Below, one piece after another: positions 8,112-11,039 of a stretch of 11,039 nucleotides of DNA. The notes under the pieces were generated by a model, which saw only the letters and a program-made list of their open reading frames with translations, ran no database searches and had not been told where the DNA came from. The translations under genes were made by a program, and so were the position numbers. Positions within the stretch are counted from its first letter, which is position 1. Each line of letters begins with the position of its first letter. The DNA is from Candidatus Altiarchaeota archaeon (GTDB taxonomy: Archaea; Altiarchaeota; Altiarchaeia; IMC4; SCGC-AAA252-I15), in the NCBI GenBank assembly GCA_043804895.1, contig JAZDIN010000067.1, forward strand, positions 1 through 11,039, given 5' to 3'.

Positions 8112-8609
8112 ATGCGGGACCATATTTTACTCGTGGTTTTGGCCTTGTCCTGTGGGTGTATCAGCGCTCCTGCCGTGACGACTACGACAACTTTGGAGTC
8201 TACCACGACATCCACAACGATCACATATTCCATTACGAGCTCTACGACGACCACCTTGCAGGTGAATGAGACAGTAAGGTGTGTCCAGGTCGCTGAGAAG
8301 GAGACGCTATACAGGAGGTGCAAACTCCTCCTCACCGGCAAGCTGTCGATGCCACCGGATGAGCGGAGGCTCTGCGGCGAGATACAGAAAAACCCGAGGG
8401 AGTACATGAGGCAGATAATCCGTGAACGCACTGGATGCGAGTACCTAATCAGGGAGTACACCATAAGGCCGGAGTCGCAGTACGTCTTCTGCAGCGAAAT
8501 CGAAGAACAGGACGTTAGGGACGACTGTTACATGAGCGTGAGAATGTGCGACAAGATAGTTGACCGAGGCTTAAGGGATGAATGTTCAAGGAGTACAAGC
8601 CTGAACTAG
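8112..8609 (+). CDS. Putative secreted/lipid-anchored surface protein with a Thr/Ser-rich linker and Cys-repeat domain, 165 aa
   Basis: Short hydrophobic N-terminus ending in a lipobox-like LSCGC, a poly-Thr/Ser tract at residues 23-48, an NET sequon, 8 downstream Cys and two CxxIxxxxxRDxC repeats. Confidence 0.8.
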   Translation: MRDHILLVVLALSCGCISAPAVTTTTTLESTTTSTTITYSITSSTTTTLQVNETVRCVQVAEKETLYRRCKLLLTGKLSMPPDERRLCGEIQKNPREYMRQIIRERTGCEYLIREYTIRPESQYVFCSEIEEQDVRDDCYMSVRMCDKIVDRGLRDECSRSTSLN

Positions 8610-8610
8610 C

Positions 8611-8627
8611 CTTTTTATGTCGTTTTC
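8611..8627 (+). repeat. Copy 2 of the 17-bp imperfect repeat; possible T-tract terminator and/or ilvC promoter element
   Basis: CTTTTTATGTCGTTTTC matches 8081-8097 at 15 of 17 positions and starts at 8611, just after the TAG at 8607-8609. Confidence 0.5.
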
Positions 8628-8650
8628 ACATTACTTTAAACTAGATTTAC

Positions 8651-8657
8651 AGGGTGA
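8651..8657 (+). promoter_or_regulatory. Shine-Dalgarno-like site for ilvC
   Basis: AGGGTGA lies 6 nt upstream of the ATG at 8664. Confidence 0.65.
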
Positions 8658-8663
8658 TGCAAT

Positions 8664-9647
8664 ATGGTCAAGGTTTATTATGAGGGTGACGCTGATTTGG
8701 GCGTCTTGGAAGGGAAGACTATCGCGGTGATCGGTTATGGGAATCAGGGTAGCGCGCAGGCTAAGAACATGCGCGACTCCGGGTTGAACGTAATCATAGG
8801 CTCAATAGAGGATGCATCAGCCAAGAAGGCGAGGGATGAGGGATTCCAGGTGTACAGCATAGCCGAGGCTGCTAAGAAGGCCGATGTAGTGCACATACTA
8901 ATACCAGACGAATACCAGAAGGCGACTTACGACAAGGACGTAAAGCCTTTTATGACTGTAGGGAAGACGCTGATGTTCAGCCACGGGTTTAACATAAGGT
9001 TTAAGAGGATTGTTCCACCGAAGAACGTCGACGTTGTTATGGTGGCTCCGAAAGGTCCTGGAGTTCTTGTCAGGAAGACCTATGAGGACGGATTCGGCAC
9101 ACCAGCCCTCATAGCAGTCGAGCAGAACCACAGCGGCAAGGCTAAGGAAAACGTCCTAGCCATGGCGAAAGCTCTTGGAGCCACAAAGGCCGGAGTAATC
9201 GAGACCACCTTCACCGAGGAGACTGAGACTGACCTGTTCGGCGAGCAGGTGGACTTGTGCGGCGGATGCTCTGAGCTCATCAAAGCCAGCTTTGACACGC
9301 TAGTTGAGGCAGGGTACCAGCCTGAGATAGCCTACTTTGAGACCCTACACGAGCTGAAATTAATAACTGACCTCATACAGAAGGGCGGCTTAGAGTACAT
9401 GTGGAAGTGCGTCTCCAATACCGCGGAATACGGCGGCAGGACGCGAGGGTCGAAGATAATAACAAAAGACACCAGGAAGGCGATGAAGAAGATACTCAGG
9501 GACATACAGAAGGACAAGTTCGCCAAGGAATGGATAAAGGAATGCGAGACAGGACAGAAGAAACTAAGGAAGATGAGGGAAGAGGACGCGAAACTGGAGA
9601 TTGAAAAGGTCGGCTCCCAGCTTCGGAAGATGTTCAAGACAGGGTAA
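8664..9647 (+). CDS. ilvC: Ketol-acid reductoisomerase, short (class I) form, 327 aa
   Basis: Rossmann motif IAVIGYGNQG, then LIPDE, FSHGFNI, MVAPKGPG, EETETDLFGEQ, AYFETLHE and SNTAEYG. Confidence 0.99.
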   Translation: MVKVYYEGDADLGVLEGKTIAVIGYGNQGSAQAKNMRDSGLNVIIGSIEDASAKKARDEGFQVYSIAEAAKKADVVHILIPDEYQKATYDKDVKPFMTVGKTLMFSHGFNIRFKRIVPPKNVDVVMVAPKGPGVLVRKTYEDGFGTPALIAVEQNHSGKAKENVLAMAKALGATKAGVIETTFTEETETDLFGEQVDLCGGCSELIKASFDTLVEAGYQPEIAYFETLHELKLITDLIQKGGLEYMWKCVSNTAEYGGRTRGSKIITKDTRKAMKKILRDIQKDKFAKEWIKECETGQKKLRKMREEDAKLEIEKVGSQLRKMFKTG

Positions 9648-9674
9648 TACACCATTTTTCTTTATTAAGGTGTA
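9648..9674. repeat. Inverted repeat TACACC-N15-GGTGTA in the ilvC / hypothetical intergenic gap
   Basis: Arms at 9648-9653 and 9669-9674 enclose ATTTTTCTTTATTAA. The right arm overlaps the SD-like AGGTG (9668-9672) of the next gene. Confidence 0.4.
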
Positions 9675-9684
9675 ATTAACTACC

Positions 9685-10620
9685 ATGGCTAAAGTCGCTG
9701 CGGTGGCGTGGTTCCCACGGTCATACATACAGTTGTTCCAGACATACAGTGGGCTGGAAAGGATAGACCTGAAGGTTAAAGACGTAGAATACGACGGTAG
9801 AACCGTGTCCTTCACCATAGTAGGATACAAGAACTACCCTGAGATACGCTTCACACAGGGTTGGAGCGGACTACACTACTTCGTCGTCGAACTCCCAGAT
9901 GAGGGAGTAGAGGTCGCCTCAGACAATTTCATGAAGGAGATGCAGGTACTCCTTCTCGAGAGGATACTGAAGGCATGCCATACCGTCACCTACAAGCAGG
10001 TTGTCTCAGACATGCTGCCGTTGGACTTCCATAGGATAGTCCTGACAAGAGGAACCGTGAACACGAACGACCTCCCAATAAAAGACGCCGGAGGGATGAA
10101 GGTCGCATACAAGCCGCAGGACATATACTCCAGCGGAACCGTATCGTACGTCCTCGGCACAGACGATACGAGCCTCCTTAAGGTGCTTCTCTTCCACGCT
10201 TACGTGGAAGTTGGCTGCGACTTCCTGAGGAACATGCTGATGGCGATGGTACGCCTCTACCATGACGCCGACACAATCGTGGAGGAGGTTGAGGCTGCGA
10301 GAGAGTACAAGCAGACGAGGAAGAGCCTTGACGTCATGGAGGACATAATCAATGAATCCACCAACAGAGGGAGTAAGATAAGCCACATGAACCTCAGCTT
10401 CAGGCTCAAGGAACAGGAATTCAACAACACGCAGTTCAGCCAGCAGGAGAAGGCCCTCGCACAGGCACTGGAGATTGGAGAACATTTCATGAGGATACGA
10501 GCTGACGGAGAATACATGGACATACTCTGGGACATGATGGATACAAAGGTGAAAAACCTGATCTCCATCGTTAACCTGAGGCTGAAAATCAAAGACGATA
10601 AGAAGAAAGGCTGGTTCTAG
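9685..10620 (+). CDS. Hypothetical protein, 311 aa; beta-rich N-half, long amphipathic helices in the C-half, KKKGWF tail
   Basis: Long ORF on the same strand as its neighbours, with similar codon style and an upstream AGGTG. It ends 5 nt before hisF. No confident family assignment. Confidence 0.85.
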   Translation: MAKVAAVAWFPRSYIQLFQTYSGLERIDLKVKDVEYDGRTVSFTIVGYKNYPEIRFTQGWSGLHYFVVELPDEGVEVASDNFMKEMQVLLLERILKACHTVTYKQVVSDMLPLDFHRIVLTRGTVNTNDLPIKDAGGMKVAYKPQDIYSSGTVSYVLGTDDTSLLKVLLFHAYVEVGCDFLRNMLMAMVRLYHDADTIVEEVEAAREYKQTRKSLDVMEDIINESTNRGSKISHMNLSFRLKEQEFNNTQFSQQEKALAQALEIGEHFMRIRADGEYMDILWDMMDTKVKNLISIVNLRLKIKDDKKKGWF

Positions 10621-10625
10621 CCAAA

Positions 10626-11039
10626 ATGCACGCTAAACGAATAATACCCTGCCTCGACTGCGACCTGGCCGTGCCAGGGGGGAGGGTCGTCAAAGGCGTG
10701 AGGTTCAAGGAGATAAAGTACGCAGGCGACCCCGCATCACTCGCAAAGAGATACTGTCAGGAAGGCGCTGACGAGATAGTGTTCCTGGATATTATCGCGT
10801 CCCATGAGCGCCGCGGAACCATGGCCGAAGTCGTGGAGAAGACTTCACAGGAAGTGTTCATACCATTGACAGTAGGCGGCGGAGTAAGGACCGTCAAAGA
10901 CATCCAAATGCTCCTGAAGGCCGGAGCAGACAAGGTGACTGTGAACACCGCGGCAGTTAAAAACCCTGAATTCATCAGGGAGGCCTCCGTAAAATTCGGA
11001 AGCCAATGTATAGTAGTGGCCATCGACAGCAAAAGAACA
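10626..11039 (+). CDS. hisF: Imidazole glycerol phosphate synthase cyclase subunit, 3'-truncated by the window edge (138 codons visible)
   Basis: Hand translation from the ATG at 10626 gives [27 protein letters not shown]...GDP...[10 protein letters not shown]...[10 protein letters not shown]...GADKV...[15 protein letters not shown]. Both catalytic Asp residues are present (D11, D134). Absent from the ORF track because there is no stop in the window. Confidence 0.98.
   Translation, partial: MHAKRIIPCLDCDLAVPGGRVVKGVRFKEIKYAGDPASLAKRYCQEGADEIVFLDIIASHERRGTMAEVVEKTSQEVFIPLTVGGGVRTVKDIQMLLKAGADKVTVNTAAVKNPEFIREASVKFGSQCIVVAIDSKRT

Noticed and set aside
8178..8255. ACN-rich low-complexity tract as a tandem DNA repeat
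   Set aside because: Codons vary at the third position, so it is a protein-level Thr/Ser linker.
8036..8464. 142-aa minus-strand ORF with poly-Val runs that looks like a membrane protein
   Set aside because: The Val runs are the reverse complement of the Thr codons in the plus-strand surface protein.
9661..9668. TTTATTAA as the TATA box for the ORF starting at 9685
   Set aside because: It ends only 16 nt before the ATG, so standard archaeal spacing would put the transcription start downstream of the start codon. Not called as a promoter.
10757..11032. 91-aa minus-strand ORF offered by the track
   Set aside because: It is the antisense shadow of hisF, which is clearly encoded on the plus strand from 10626.

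Overview
Gene-dense archaeal core-metabolism window. Bases 1-6887 hold an A/V-type (A1AO) ATP synthase operon in the order I (5'-partial)-K-E-C-F-A-B-D, with overlapping or near-abutting start/stop codons. Two extra genes are attached to its 3' end by ATGA overlaps: a stand-alone, degenerate CBS-pair protein and a 90-aa charged helical protein of unknown function. A convergent, atypical peptide deformylase follows on the minus strand, divergent from a Thr-rich, Cys-repeat putative surface lipoprotein. Then come ilvC, a 311-aa hypothetical protein and the 5' half of hisF, which the ORF track missed because it runs off the window. Gene order, the lipoprotein style and the HisF insertion point to an archaeon; Altiarchaeota-like is only a guess. 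No RNA genes, CRISPR arrays, inteins or mobile elements were seen. The best leads are a possible accessory/regulatory module on the ATP synthase operon, a V-type-like single-site Na+ c subunit, an IlvC with an acidic Arg-less cofactor loop (candidate NADH user), an archaeal deformylase with altered motifs, and a 17-bp element repeated on both sides of the lipoprotein gene.
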